From positions 64,001-128,000 of the forward strand of contig CAVUKA010000003.1 of NCBI GenBank assembly GCA_963741945.1: a DNA stretch of 64,000 nucleotides, given 5' to 3'. Origin of the DNA: an uncultured Gemmatimonadales bacterium (GTDB lineage Bacteria > Gemmatimonadota > Gemmatimonadetes > Longimicrobiales > RSA9). A model generated the notes under the pieces. It worked only from the letters and a program-made list of their open reading frames with translations. It did not search any database and was not told where the DNA came from. A program made the translations under genes and the position numbers. Shown here piece by piece: positions 8,769 to 17,181 of the stretch (its first letter is position 1; the number at the start of each line of letters is the position of its first letter).

Positions 8769-8796
8769 GGTCTGGGGTCTGCGGTCTGGGGCCTGG
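8769..8796. repeat. Four tandem heptamers (GGTCTGG-like)
   Basis: ggtctgg ggtctgc ggtctgg ggcctgg just after kinase stop codon. Confidence 0.6.
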
Positions 8797-9087
8797 GGCC
8801 AGCGTCGTCGACCGCCCACCGAACGCTCCACTCCCCCGCGGGTCGGTCGATCGACGGCGCATGGAGCCGTCCCTCGCCCACCGAACGAACGCCCTCCGAT
8901 CCGCTGGTCATTCAACGGCACATGCGCTCGTCCATCGACCAAGTGTGGATCCGAAACCCATATACTGGTCGATCCGCCCCCTCCGCGAGGCCCGCAGGAC
9001 CGAGCCCCGCTGCGCCGCCAAGCCGGCGCCCCTCTGCGAGGCCGCAGGCCGAGCCATGCTGCGAGGTCCGAAGGACCGAGCCAGCCG

Positions 9088-11034
9088 TCAGATCTCGATC
9101 TGCGCCCCGATTTCCACGACCCGGTTGGGTGGCAGCCGGAAGAACGAGGTGGCGCCGCGAGCGTTCCGGCTCATGAGGACGAAGAGCCGTTCGCGCCAGA
9201 TGGCCATGCCCTTGACCTTCTTGGAGGCGATGAGGTTCTCGCGGCCGAGGAAGAAGGTGGTCTCCATCGGCTTGAGGTTGAGTCCCTGCTTGCCGTGGAG
9301 CATGGCGAGGGCGCGGGGGATGTTGACGTCCTCCATGAAGCCGTAGTGGAGGACGACGGAGTAGAAGCCGGCCTCGCGCGGTACCACGGTGCAGCGGTCG
9401 GCGAGGGGGACGTGGGGCGCCTCCTCGGTGACCACGGCGAGGCAGACCACCTGTTCGTGGAGCGCCTTGTTGTGCTTCAGGTTATGGAGCAGGGCGCGGG
9501 GCGTGGCGTCGGTGTCGCCGAACATGAAGACGGCGGTTCCGGCGACGCGGTGGGGCGGGTGGTCCTCGATGCTGCGGAGGAAGTCGTCGAGGGGGAGCTC
9601 GTTGCGTCCGATCCGCTCGGCCAGGATGGCGCGGCCGCGCTTCCAGGTGGTCATGAGCGTGAACACGCCGGCGGCCACGAGGAGCGGGAACCAGCCGCCG
9701 GCGGGGATCTTGGTGAGGTTGGCGCCGAAGAAGGAGAGGTCGATGACCATGAAGAAGGCGGCGAGCCCCAGCGCCAGGGGGAGCGGCCAGTTCCAGCGCT
9801 CGCGGGCCAGCACGTAGAAGAGGACGGTGGTGATGACCATGGTGGTGGTCACGGCCACGCCGTACGCGGCGGCGAGGTTGCTGGAGCTGCCGAAGCCGAT
9901 GACGAGGCCGATGCACGCCACCATGAGCGCCCAGTTGACGGCGGGGACGTAGATCTGCCCCATTTCCGTGTGGGACGTGTGCTCGATGTTCATGCGGGGC
10001 ATGTAGCCGAACTGCACCGACTGCATGGCGAGGGAGAACGACCCGGAGATCACGGCCTGCGACGCGATGACGGTGGCCGCGGTGGCCAGCAGGACCAGCG
10101 GGTAGAGCGCCCAGTCGGGCCCCATCCTGTAGAACGGGTTCTCGATGGCGGCCGGGTTGCGCATGAGCAGCGCGCCCTGGCCGAAGTAGTTGATGAGGAG
10201 CGCGGGGAGCACGAAGGCGAACCAGGTGAGGCGGATCGGTCGTCGCCCGAAGTGGCCCATGTCGGCGTACAGCGCCTCGCCGCCCGTCACCACGAGGAAG
10301 ACGCTCCCGAGCACCAGGATCCCTTTCAGTCCATTGGCGGCGAAGAACGAGGCTGCGTGCAGCGGGCTGAGGGCGGCGAGGACGGCCGGGGTCTGGAGGA
10401 TCTGCCACGCGCCCAGCGTCGCCAGGACGAGGAACCAGACCATGGTCACCGGGCCGAAGACGCGCCCCACGCCCTCCGTTCCCCGTCGCTGGAAGAGGAA
10501 GAGGCCGATGAGGATGCCGATGGTGATGGGGATGACCACGGGCTCGAAGACCGGCGTGGCCACGCCGAGCCCTTCCACGGCGGAGAGCACGCTGATGGCG
10601 GGGGTGATCATGCCATCGCCGTAGAGGAGCGCGGCGCCGAAGAGGCCGAGGAGGATGAGGCGCCACTTGCCGCCCTTCCGGCCCGCGCCCATGGGGGTGA
10701 CGAGCGCCGTGAGGGCGAGGATCCCCCCCTCGCCGCGGTTGTCGGCCCGCAGGATGAAGACCAGGTACTTGAGGGAGATCACGAGGACCAGCGCCCAGAA
10801 GATGAGCGAGAGGACGCCCATGATGTTGTTGGGCGTGACGGGCATGCCGTAACTCTCGTGGAAGCTCTCGCGCAGCGCGTAGAGCGGGCTGGTGCCGATG
10901 TCGCCGTAGACCACGCCCAGCGTGGCCAGGGATAGGACGGCGAGGCGCTTGCCCGTGGGCTCCGCCGGAGGGTGGTGCCCGGCGGTCTCGCTCCCGCGTC
11001 GCTCCAGGTCCTTCGGGTCCGCGTCCGTGCTCAT
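9088..11034 (-). CDS. kup: KUP/HAK/KT potassium uptake transporter
   Basis: LGVVYGDIGTSPLYA, ADNRGEGG, YGDGMITPAISVLSAVEG, TGGEALYADMGHFG, PPNRVVEIG. Start ATG 11034 chosen. Confidence 0.97.
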   Translation of the reverse strand: MSTDADPKDLERRGSETAGHHPPAEPTGKRLAVLSLATLGVVYGDIGTSPLYALRESFHESYGMPVTPNNIMGVLSLIFWALVLVISLKYLVFILRADNRGEGGILALTALVTPMGAGRKGGKWRLILLGLFGAALLYGDGMITPAISVLSAVEGLGVATPVFEPVVIPITIGILIGLFLFQRRGTEGVGRVFGPVTMVWFLVLATLGAWQILQTPAVLAALSPLHAASFFAANGLKGILVLGSVFLVVTGGEALYADMGHFGRRPIRLTWFAFVLPALLINYFGQGALLMRNPAAIENPFYRMGPDWALYPLVLLATAATVIASQAVISGSFSLAMQSVQFGYMPRMNIEHTSHTEMGQIYVPAVNWALMVACIGLVIGFGSSSNLAAAYGVAVTTTMVITTVLFYVLARERWNWPLPLALGLAAFFMVIDLSFFGANLTKIPAGGWFPLLVAAGVFTLMTTWKRGRAILAERIGRNELPLDDFLRSIEDHPPHRVAGTAVFMFGDTDATPRALLHNLKHNKALHEQVVCLAVVTEEAPHVPLADRCTVVPREAGFYSVVLHYGFMEDVNIPRALAMLHGKQGLNLKPMETTFFLGRENLIASKKVKGMAIWRERLFVLMSRNARGATSFFRLPPNRVVEIGAQIEI

Positions 11035-11287
11035 TCGCTCCGTTGTCTCCCCCGCAGCCACCCCGATCGTCGCCAGTCATGCGCCGCGTGCGGCGCTGCG
11101 GCGCTGGCGCCGGGAAAGCCTCGCGCCGGCGACGGAATTCCGCAACCGCATCCCATGGCGGCGCCCTGGTGTCGGGGGACACGGACGCGGGACACGTGCC
11201 GGGAGTGCGGAGTGGAAGGAAAGGTGTCAGGCGAGGACGATGGCGGGGGCGATCGTGGCGGATCTGTCGGATCGTCTGCGTGGCCGG

Positions 11288-12268
11288 TCAGCGCTCCCCG
11301 CCCGACCCGGCACTTCCGGAGCGGGGCGGGTGCCCGTGGAAGAGCACGTCGACGGCGTCAGCGAAGAGGCGTCGCATGGCCGGACCGTCCACGCGTGCCC
11401 GGACCTGAACCTCCCACTCGCCCCCGTCCTGTCGCACCGCGTGGTAGAGAGCACTGGGCGTGGTCAGCTCCACCTCCCCCTCCTCCTCGCCTTCCAGCGG
11501 GACGTCCAGCCCCCCGCCGCCATCCTGGTCATCCTCGACGCGGCGCGCGGCAGCGGCCTCCGGGACCCGGGCGGCCTGAACTTCCGCTTTCGCTTCGGCC
11601 CGCTTCGCCCGCTCGGCCTCCGCGCGTGCCGCTCGACGCCGCTCGATCTTCCGGCGCCGCATGCGGGCGGCCTTCCACGGGCCCACGTAGAACGTGCGGT
11701 CGGGATAGGGCCAGCCGAAGCGCTCGCGCACGGCCTCGAGTGCGTCGCTACCCTCGGAGCCATCCTGAATCCGGCTGTCGCAGAAGCGGATGAGGAGGTT
11801 GCGCTGCTCGAGATCAAGGTCCGTGTAGCGGTCGGGGTAGTCCAGCTCGCCGGCCTCGACGACGGCGCCATCATCCACGTCCGCGGTGTCCGCCCCCGGA
11901 ACCGGGGACCCTCCACCGGCCGATCCCCCCGCCACCGCCCCCGCCTGCCGGAGCGTGGAGGCCGTGCCGACGAGCCGCCCCACCATGATGCGGCCGGCCT
12001 CCCGCTCCAGGCGGGGGTAGGCGCGCCTGGCCGCCCGTCTGAGCTGGACGTGGTCCGCGTCCTGGCCCGCCCGGGCCAGGAGCTCGCGGGCCACCGCCTC
12101 CCGGTAGCTCCGATCCCGCTTCAATCGGTCGACGTCGAGCTCCGCCGATGGGCCGCTGGCACGCTTCATCTCAATGCGCTGGTGACGAGGAAACTCAATC
12201 GGCACCCTGCTCATTCCGGCAAGCGGGCGGTGGCCGGCCTGTCGGTCCGGCATCGGAGGGTCCTGCAC
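11288..12268 (-). CDS. Hypothetical charged soluble protein
   Basis: Fills kup-pepE gap, GC3-rich codons, consensus sigma54 box immediately upstream; no family recognised; start may be ATG 12253 or 12214. Confidence 0.6.
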   Translation of the reverse strand: MQDPPMPDRQAGHRPLAGMSRVPIEFPRHQRIEMKRASGPSAELDVDRLKRDRSYREAVARELLARAGQDADHVQLRRAARRAYPRLEREAGRIMVGRLVGTASTLRQAGAVAGGSAGGGSPVPGADTADVDDGAVVEAGELDYPDRYTDLDLEQRNLLIRFCDSRIQDGSEGSDALEAVRERFGWPYPDRTFYVGPWKAARMRRRKIERRRAARAEAERAKRAEAKAEVQAARVPEAAAARRVEDDQDGGGGLDVPLEGEEEGEVELTTPSALYHAVRQDGGEWEVQVRARVDGPAMRRLFADAVDVLFHGHPPRSGSAGSGGER

Positions 12269-12289
12269 AAGAAGGGCGTGGATCAGTCA

Positions 12290-12305
12290 TGCAATGCAGG
12301 TGCCA
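12290..12305 (-). promoter_or_regulatory. Sigma54 promoter, full consensus match
   Basis: Minus strand TGGCAC-CTGCA-TTGCA equals TGGCAC-N5-TTGCW. Confidence 0.75.
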
Positions 12306-12382
12306 GATTCGGAGGCCATGGCCACGGCCCGCCTGCGCCACTCCGCCTTTCGGGACCATGCCGTCAATCGTACGTTCACGCC

Positions 12383-13114
12383 ATGATCCACGACCTCCTT
12401 CTGCTCAGCAACTCGGCCCTGCACGGACGGGGATTCCTGGGACACGCACTGGGCGCCATCGAAGCGTTCCTGGACGGTCGGACGACCATCCATTTCGCGC
12501 CGTTCGCCCTGGCCGACCACGACGGCTACACGGAGAAAGTGCGTGCGGCGCTGGCGCCGCTCGGTGTGGAGGTGGCAGGCCTCCATGCCGCCGGCGACGC
12601 CCGCGCGGCGGTGGAGGCGGCGGACGTGGTGTTCGTGGGCGGCGGGAACACGTTCCGCCTGCTGCGGGACATCCACCGGCTGGGGCTGCTGGAGCCGGTG
12701 CGGCGCCGGGTGGCCGGGGGCACACTGGCGTACATGGGCTCGAGCGCGGGAACGAACGTGGCGTGCCCCACCGCCCGCACCACCAACGACATGCCCATTG
12801 TCGAGCCGCCGTCGCTGGAAGCGTTCGGGCTCGTCCCGTTCCAGATCAACCCGCACTACCAGGACCCCGAGCCCGGGTCCACGCACATGGGCGAGACCCG
12901 CCAGCAGCGGATCCGCGAGTTCCTGGAAGAGAACGACGTGCCGGTGCTGGGGATCCGCGAGGGCGCGTGGCTCCGCCGTGCCGGCGACCGGCTCACGCTC
13001 GAAGGCGACACCGGCGCGCTGCTTTTCCGGCGCGGCCGGGAACCCGAAGCGTTCGGCCGCGGTGACGACATCTCCGCGCTGCTGCGCGTGCCGGCGCGAT
13101 TCGATCAGCCGTGA
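12383..13114 (+). CDS. pepE: Dipeptidase E (peptidase S51)
   Basis: LLLLSNS, VFVGGGNTFRLL, YMGSSAGTNVACPTARTTNDMPIV, INPHY, HMGETR. Confidence 0.95.
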   Translation: MIHDLLLLSNSALHGRGFLGHALGAIEAFLDGRTTIHFAPFALADHDGYTEKVRAALAPLGVEVAGLHAAGDARAAVEAADVVFVGGGNTFRLLRDIHRLGLLEPVRRRVAGGTLAYMGSSAGTNVACPTARTTNDMPIVEPPSLEAFGLVPFQINPHYQDPEPGSTHMGETRQQRIREFLEENDVPVLGIREGAWLRRAGDRLTLEGDTGALLFRRGREPEAFGRGDDISALLRVPARFDQP

Positions 13115-14673
13115 GCCCGCGCTGGACGCAGGGCGGCCAGGGACGGCGACGTGTGGGGCTCCTGCTCGGCCCGGCGGTGTTCGCGCTGTTCCTCGCGCTC
13201 CGCCCGCCGGCCGACCTCGATCCCGCCGCCTGGCACACCGCGGCCGTGGGGCTGCTCATGGCCGTCTGGTGGGTGACGGAGGCGATCCCGATCCCGGCCA
13301 CCGCGCTCCTGCCGCTCGTGCTCTTCCCCGTGCTGGGGATCCTCGATGTCAGCGCCGCCGCGTCGCCCTACGCGAACCCGATCATCTTCCTGTTCCTCGG
13401 CGGTTTCCTGCTGGCGGGCGCCATGCAGAAATGGGAGCTGCACCGACGCCTTGCGCTCACCGTGGTCATGGCGCTGGGCACGCGCCCGCACAGGCTGGTG
13501 CTGGGCTTCATGGTGGCCACTGCGTTCCTCAGCATGTGGGTGAGCAACACGGCCACGGCAGTCATGATGATGCCGATCGGGCTTTCCGTGGTGGAGCTCG
13601 TGGCGCCGAAAACGGAGTCGGGCGACCTGGGGCAACTCAACTTCGGCACCGCCCTCATGCTCGGCATCGCCTACGCGGCCAGCGTCGGCGGCCTGGCCAC
13701 GCTCATCGGGACACCGCCCAACGCGCTGCTGGCCGGCTTCATGAGCGAGACCTACGGCGTGGAGATCGGGTTCGCCCAGTGGATGATGGTCGGGCTCCCG
13801 CTCACCGCAGTGGCGCTGCCGCTGGTCTGGCTCCTGCTCACGCGCGTCCTCTTCCCGATCCGCATCCGCGAGATCCCCGGCGGCCGGAGCGCCATCGGGG
13901 CCGAGCTCCGCAAGCTCGGCCCCGTGGCCCCCGCCGAACGCAGGGTGGGCGTCGTCTTCGTGCTCACGGCCCTGGCATGGATCACCCGACCGCTGCTCGA
14001 TTCCGCCATTCCCGGCCTCAACGACACCAGCATCGCCATGGCCGCGGCGCTGGCGCTGTTCCTGGTCCCCGCCGGCGGGCGTCGTCGCGCGGCGGTCGCT
14101 GGCGACGCGGTGGCCCACGGAGCCGGCGGCCCGGCCGGGACCAGCGACCCGGCCCGCGGCGGTGCGCTCCTGGACTGGGACACGGCCCGCGGGCTGCCGT
14201 GGGGCGTGCTCCTCCTGTTCGGCGGCGGGCTCAGCCTGGCCCACGCGGTCACCACCACGGGACTCGCGGAATGGATCGGCAGCGCGCTCGGCGTGCTGCA
14301 CGCCTGGCCCACCGTGCTCGTGGTGGTGGCCGTCACCACCGTGATCGTCTTCCTCACGGAGCTGACCAGCAACACCGCCACCGCCGCCGCCTTCCTCCCC
14401 GTCCTTGCGCCGCTGGCCGTTGCCGTGGGCGAGAACCCGCTCATGCTCGTGCTCCCCGCCGCGCTCGGCGCGAGCTGCGCGTTCATGATGCCCGTCGCCA
14501 CCCCGCCCAACGCCATTGTCTACGGCAGCGGCTACATCACCATCCCCCAGATGGCGCGCGCCGGGCTGGTCCTGAACATCCTCTTCATCGTTCTGGTCAC
14601 CGTGCTGGCGTACACGCTCGTCCCGGCCGCGTTCGATGTGGTGCCCGGGACGATCCCCGGCTGGGCAAGATGA
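13111..14673 (+). CDS. SLC13/DASS sodium:dicarboxylate (or sulfate) symporter
   Basis: WWVTEAIP, LSMWVSNTAT, TLIGTPPN, LTELTSNTAT, FMMPVATPPNAIV; GTGA overlap with pepE. Confidence 0.95.
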   Translation: MSPRWTQGGQGRRRVGLLLGPAVFALFLALRPPADLDPAAWHTAAVGLLMAVWWVTEAIPIPATALLPLVLFPVLGILDVSAAASPYANPIIFLFLGGFLLAGAMQKWELHRRLALTVVMALGTRPHRLVLGFMVATAFLSMWVSNTATAVMMMPIGLSVVELVAPKTESGDLGQLNFGTALMLGIAYAASVGGLATLIGTPPNALLAGFMSETYGVEIGFAQWMMVGLPLTAVALPLVWLLLTRVLFPIRIREIPGGRSAIGAELRKLGPVAPAERRVGVVFVLTALAWITRPLLDSAIPGLNDTSIAMAAALALFLVPAGGRRRAAVAGDAVAHGAGGPAGTSDPARGGALLDWDTARGLPWGVLLLFGGGLSLAHAVTTTGLAEWIGSALGVLHAWPTVLVVVAVTTVIVFLTELTSNTATAAAFLPVLAPLAVAVGENPLMLVLPAALGASCAFMMPVATPPNAIVYGSGYITIPQMARAGLVLNILFIVLVTVLAYTLVPAAFDVVPGTIPGWAR

Positions 14674-14693
14674 TCGGCGAAGACGCGAAGAGT

Positions 14694-14997
14694 GCGGAGG
14701 ACGCGGAGAACAGCGCTCCACGCGGAGACGCGGAGGACGCGGAGAACAGCGCTCCACGCGGAGACACAGAGGACGCGGAGAACAGCGCTCCACGCGGAGA
14801 CGCGGAGGACGCGGAGAACAGCGCTCCACGCGGAGACACAGAGGACGCGGAGAACAGCGCTCCACGCGGAGACACAGAGGACGCGGAGAACAGCGCTCCA
14901 CGCGGAGACGCGGAGGACGCGGAGACCAGCGCTCCACGCGGAGACGCGGAGGACGCGGAGAACAGCGCTCCACGCGGAGACGCGGAGGACGCGGAGG
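14694..14997. repeat. Tandem array of eight 36-bp units plus a partial unit
   Basis: Unit GCGGAGGACGCGGAGAACAGCGCTCCACGCGGAGAC (three copies begin ACAGAGG), head-to-tail, no spacers. Confidence 0.95.
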
Positions 14998-15341
14998 ACG
15001 GCGGGGGGGCCGGATTCGGGGCGGAGCAGCGCGCCGTGGACCGGCGAGTTTCAGGACGCCTGTTCTTCTGGTCTGCGCGAGTTCGAGCGCGGGGCCACCT
15101 CCCAGCGTGAGGCCACCTCCCTCGCCGCGCGTGCTGCCGCGTTCACGTGCGGCCTGCGGCGCCGGTAGCGCACCGAAGCCCCGATCCGCCTCCCTGCGGG
15201 GGTGCGCTGCCCGGCCACCCGGTCCCGGGAAAGCCCGCGCCGCGGCTGACGCCCACAGTCACGATCGCCCACCCGTGCCGCAAGAGAAGAGATAGCCCCG
15301 CCCCTTGCCGCCGCCCTCGCCCCCCAGCCACGCCCTCAAGC

Positions 15342-15426
15342 CCTCCGCGTCCTCCGCGTCTCCGCGTGAAACGCCGTTGCCGTTCTCCGCGCTCTCCGCG
15401 TGAAACGCCGTTGCCGTTCTCCGCGC
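15342..15426. repeat. Inverted partner of the tandem array plus two 34-bp direct repeats
   Basis: 15342-15368 is the exact reverse complement of 14971-14997 (27 bp); TCTCCGCGTGAAACGCCGTTGCCGTTCTCCGCGC occurs at 15359 and 15393. Confidence 0.9.
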
Positions 15427-15437
15427 TCTCGCGGTAC

Positions 15438-16877
15438 TCAGAGGATGGGAGTGGTGAGCCGCGCCACGTTGTCCCCGAATGTGCGAATGAACCCGCGGCG
15501 GGCCCAGGCCTCGGCGCGCACCCGCTCGGCGCCCTCCATGTACTCCTCCTGGAGGTAGTGGAGCCGGGAAGCGAAGTCGGTATCGAAGACCAGGAGCGCC
15601 AGCTCGAAGTTCAGCGAGAAGCTGCGGACATCGAGGTTGGCGGAGCCGAGGATGGCGAACTCCCGGTCGAGCGTGAGCGTCTTGGCATGGAGGAGCGCGC
15701 CCGGGTACTCGAGGATCCGGACGCCGGCTTCGAGGAGGTATCCGTAGTGCGAGCGGCCGGCGGCCTGGGTCAGCCTGCTGTCTCCGCGATGCGGGAGCAC
15801 GAGCACCACTTCCACGCCGCGCAGCGCGGCCGTGCGCATGGCGGCCAGGAGCGCGTCATCGGGGACGAAGTACGGGGTGGTGAGGACCACGCGCTCGCGC
15901 GCGAGCTGGAGTGTCTGGACGATCACGTCCAGGAGCGGCGCGCGCCGGTCCTTCGTGGGCGCGGTCGGGAGCAGCGATGCGGTGATGCCGGGGTCCGCCG
16001 GGTCGACGGGCGGGAAGTAGGCCTCGTCGTCGGGGACCGGGCCGGCGTTGAACGCCCAGTCGTCGAGGAACGTCTCCTGGATGTCGTACACCACAGGCCC
16101 CTCCACGCGCACGGAGATGTCCATCCACTCGCCGAACGCTTCCTTCCCGCGGTAGACCGGGTCGGTGAGGTTGTGGCTCCCCATGTATCCTACCCGCCCA
16201 TCGATCACGGCCAGCTTGCGGTGGTTCCGGAGGTCGATGCGGGCGACCATGGCGCGCAGCGCGTTCACGGGCAGCGCCGGGCACACCTCCACCCCGGCGT
16301 CGCGAAGCCGCCGACAGGTGGCTCCCCGCAGGAAGTGACGCGACCCGCTGGCGTCCAGCAGCAGCCGGCACCGGACGCCACGTCTGGCCGCGGCCGCCAG
16401 CGCATCCGTCACCGCGCGCGTGATCGGATCGTCGTCCGAGTCGTCGGCGATGTAGAAGACCAGGTGACAGTGGTGCCCGGCCGCATTGATGTCGTCCACC
16501 ATCCGGCCGAACAGCACCGACGGCTCGTTGACCGGCTCCATCCGGTTCCCCGGCCGCGGGTCGCGCGCCCCGACGGCGCCCGCAAGGCGGCTGATGGTCC
16601 GGTACGGCTCGGACAGGTCCGGCGTGCCCAGGCGCTGGAACTGGCGACGCAGCTCGGGCGATCGCCGCACGGCGTCCATCAGGCTCTGGTACTGCCGGGA
16701 CCGCCGGTGCCCCAGCCGGATCTCGCCGAACATGAGGTAGAGGGCGGCACCGGCAAAGGGGAGGAACGCCACCACGACCAGCCACCCGAGGGCGGCGGCC
16801 ACGGAGCGCTTGCGGGTGATGATCACGAGGAACATCACCAGTCGCACCGCCCATTCGGCAATGAAGACCCATCGCAT
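15438..16877 (-). CDS. cls: Cardiolipin synthase (PLD family)
   Basis: Two N-terminal TM helices; two HKD motifs RNHRKLAVIDG and LHAKTLTLD; GSANLDVRSFSLNFE. Confidence 0.93.
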   Translation of the reverse strand: MRWVFIAEWAVRLVMFLVIITRKRSVAAALGWLVVVAFLPFAGAALYLMFGEIRLGHRRSRQYQSLMDAVRRSPELRRQFQRLGTPDLSEPYRTISRLAGAVGARDPRPGNRMEPVNEPSVLFGRMVDDINAAGHHCHLVFYIADDSDDDPITRAVTDALAAAARRGVRCRLLLDASGSRHFLRGATCRRLRDAGVEVCPALPVNALRAMVARIDLRNHRKLAVIDGRVGYMGSHNLTDPVYRGKEAFGEWMDISVRVEGPVVYDIQETFLDDWAFNAGPVPDDEAYFPPVDPADPGITASLLPTAPTKDRRAPLLDVIVQTLQLARERVVLTTPYFVPDDALLAAMRTAALRGVEVVLVLPHRGDSRLTQAAGRSHYGYLLEAGVRILEYPGALLHAKTLTLDREFAILGSANLDVRSFSLNFELALLVFDTDFASRLHYLQEEYMEGAERVRAEAWARRGFIRTFGDNVARLTTPIL

Positions 16878-16990
16878 GGCAGGACAGCTTATCGCGCGCG
16901 GCCGCCGCGATCAACGCGGGGGGAAGCTGCGAAGGCCGGCCCGAGGCGCGGCCGGCTGAGTGCGCGGGCGTCGCCAGCCGCCACACTCCG

Positions 16991-17181
16991 ACGGCGTGAC
17001 ACGAAGGGGTCGAAGGGTCGAAGGGCTCGAAGAAGAACTTGAATGGCTGCGCGGGTATGGACGCTTGATCGCACGGCAGCAGCGGGGGCCAATCGACATG
17101 AGGTACCCGGCGCCCGCCTGCGCCGCCCCGACAGCCTCGCTTCGTGTGCTTCGACCCTTCGAGCTCTTCGTGTCAAGCCGT
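16991..17181. repeat. 191-bp element bounded by 33-bp imperfect inverted repeats (MITE/REP-like)
   Basis: 16991-17023 versus reverse complement of 17149-17181: 30/33 identical by hand comparison. Confidence 0.8.

Noticed and set aside
8769-8796. Heptamer repeat as a functional element
   Set aside because: Only four imperfect copies with no inverted partner seen; kept as a simple repeat.
7813-10935. 1040-aa plus-strand ORF (also 50894-54394, 25421-28135, 17806-19977, 45505-47703 and similar)
   Set aside because: Antisense or off-frame shadows of well-supported genes; Arg/Pro/Gly-rich with no motifs, as expected at high GC.
10922-12382. Long N-terminal extension of pepE (730-aa ORF)
   Set aside because: Antisense to the orphan gene; PepE homology begins at ATG 12383.
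14694-14997. 36-bp repeats as a CRISPR array
   Set aside because: Units are head-to-tail with no unique spacers, and no cas genes are in the window.
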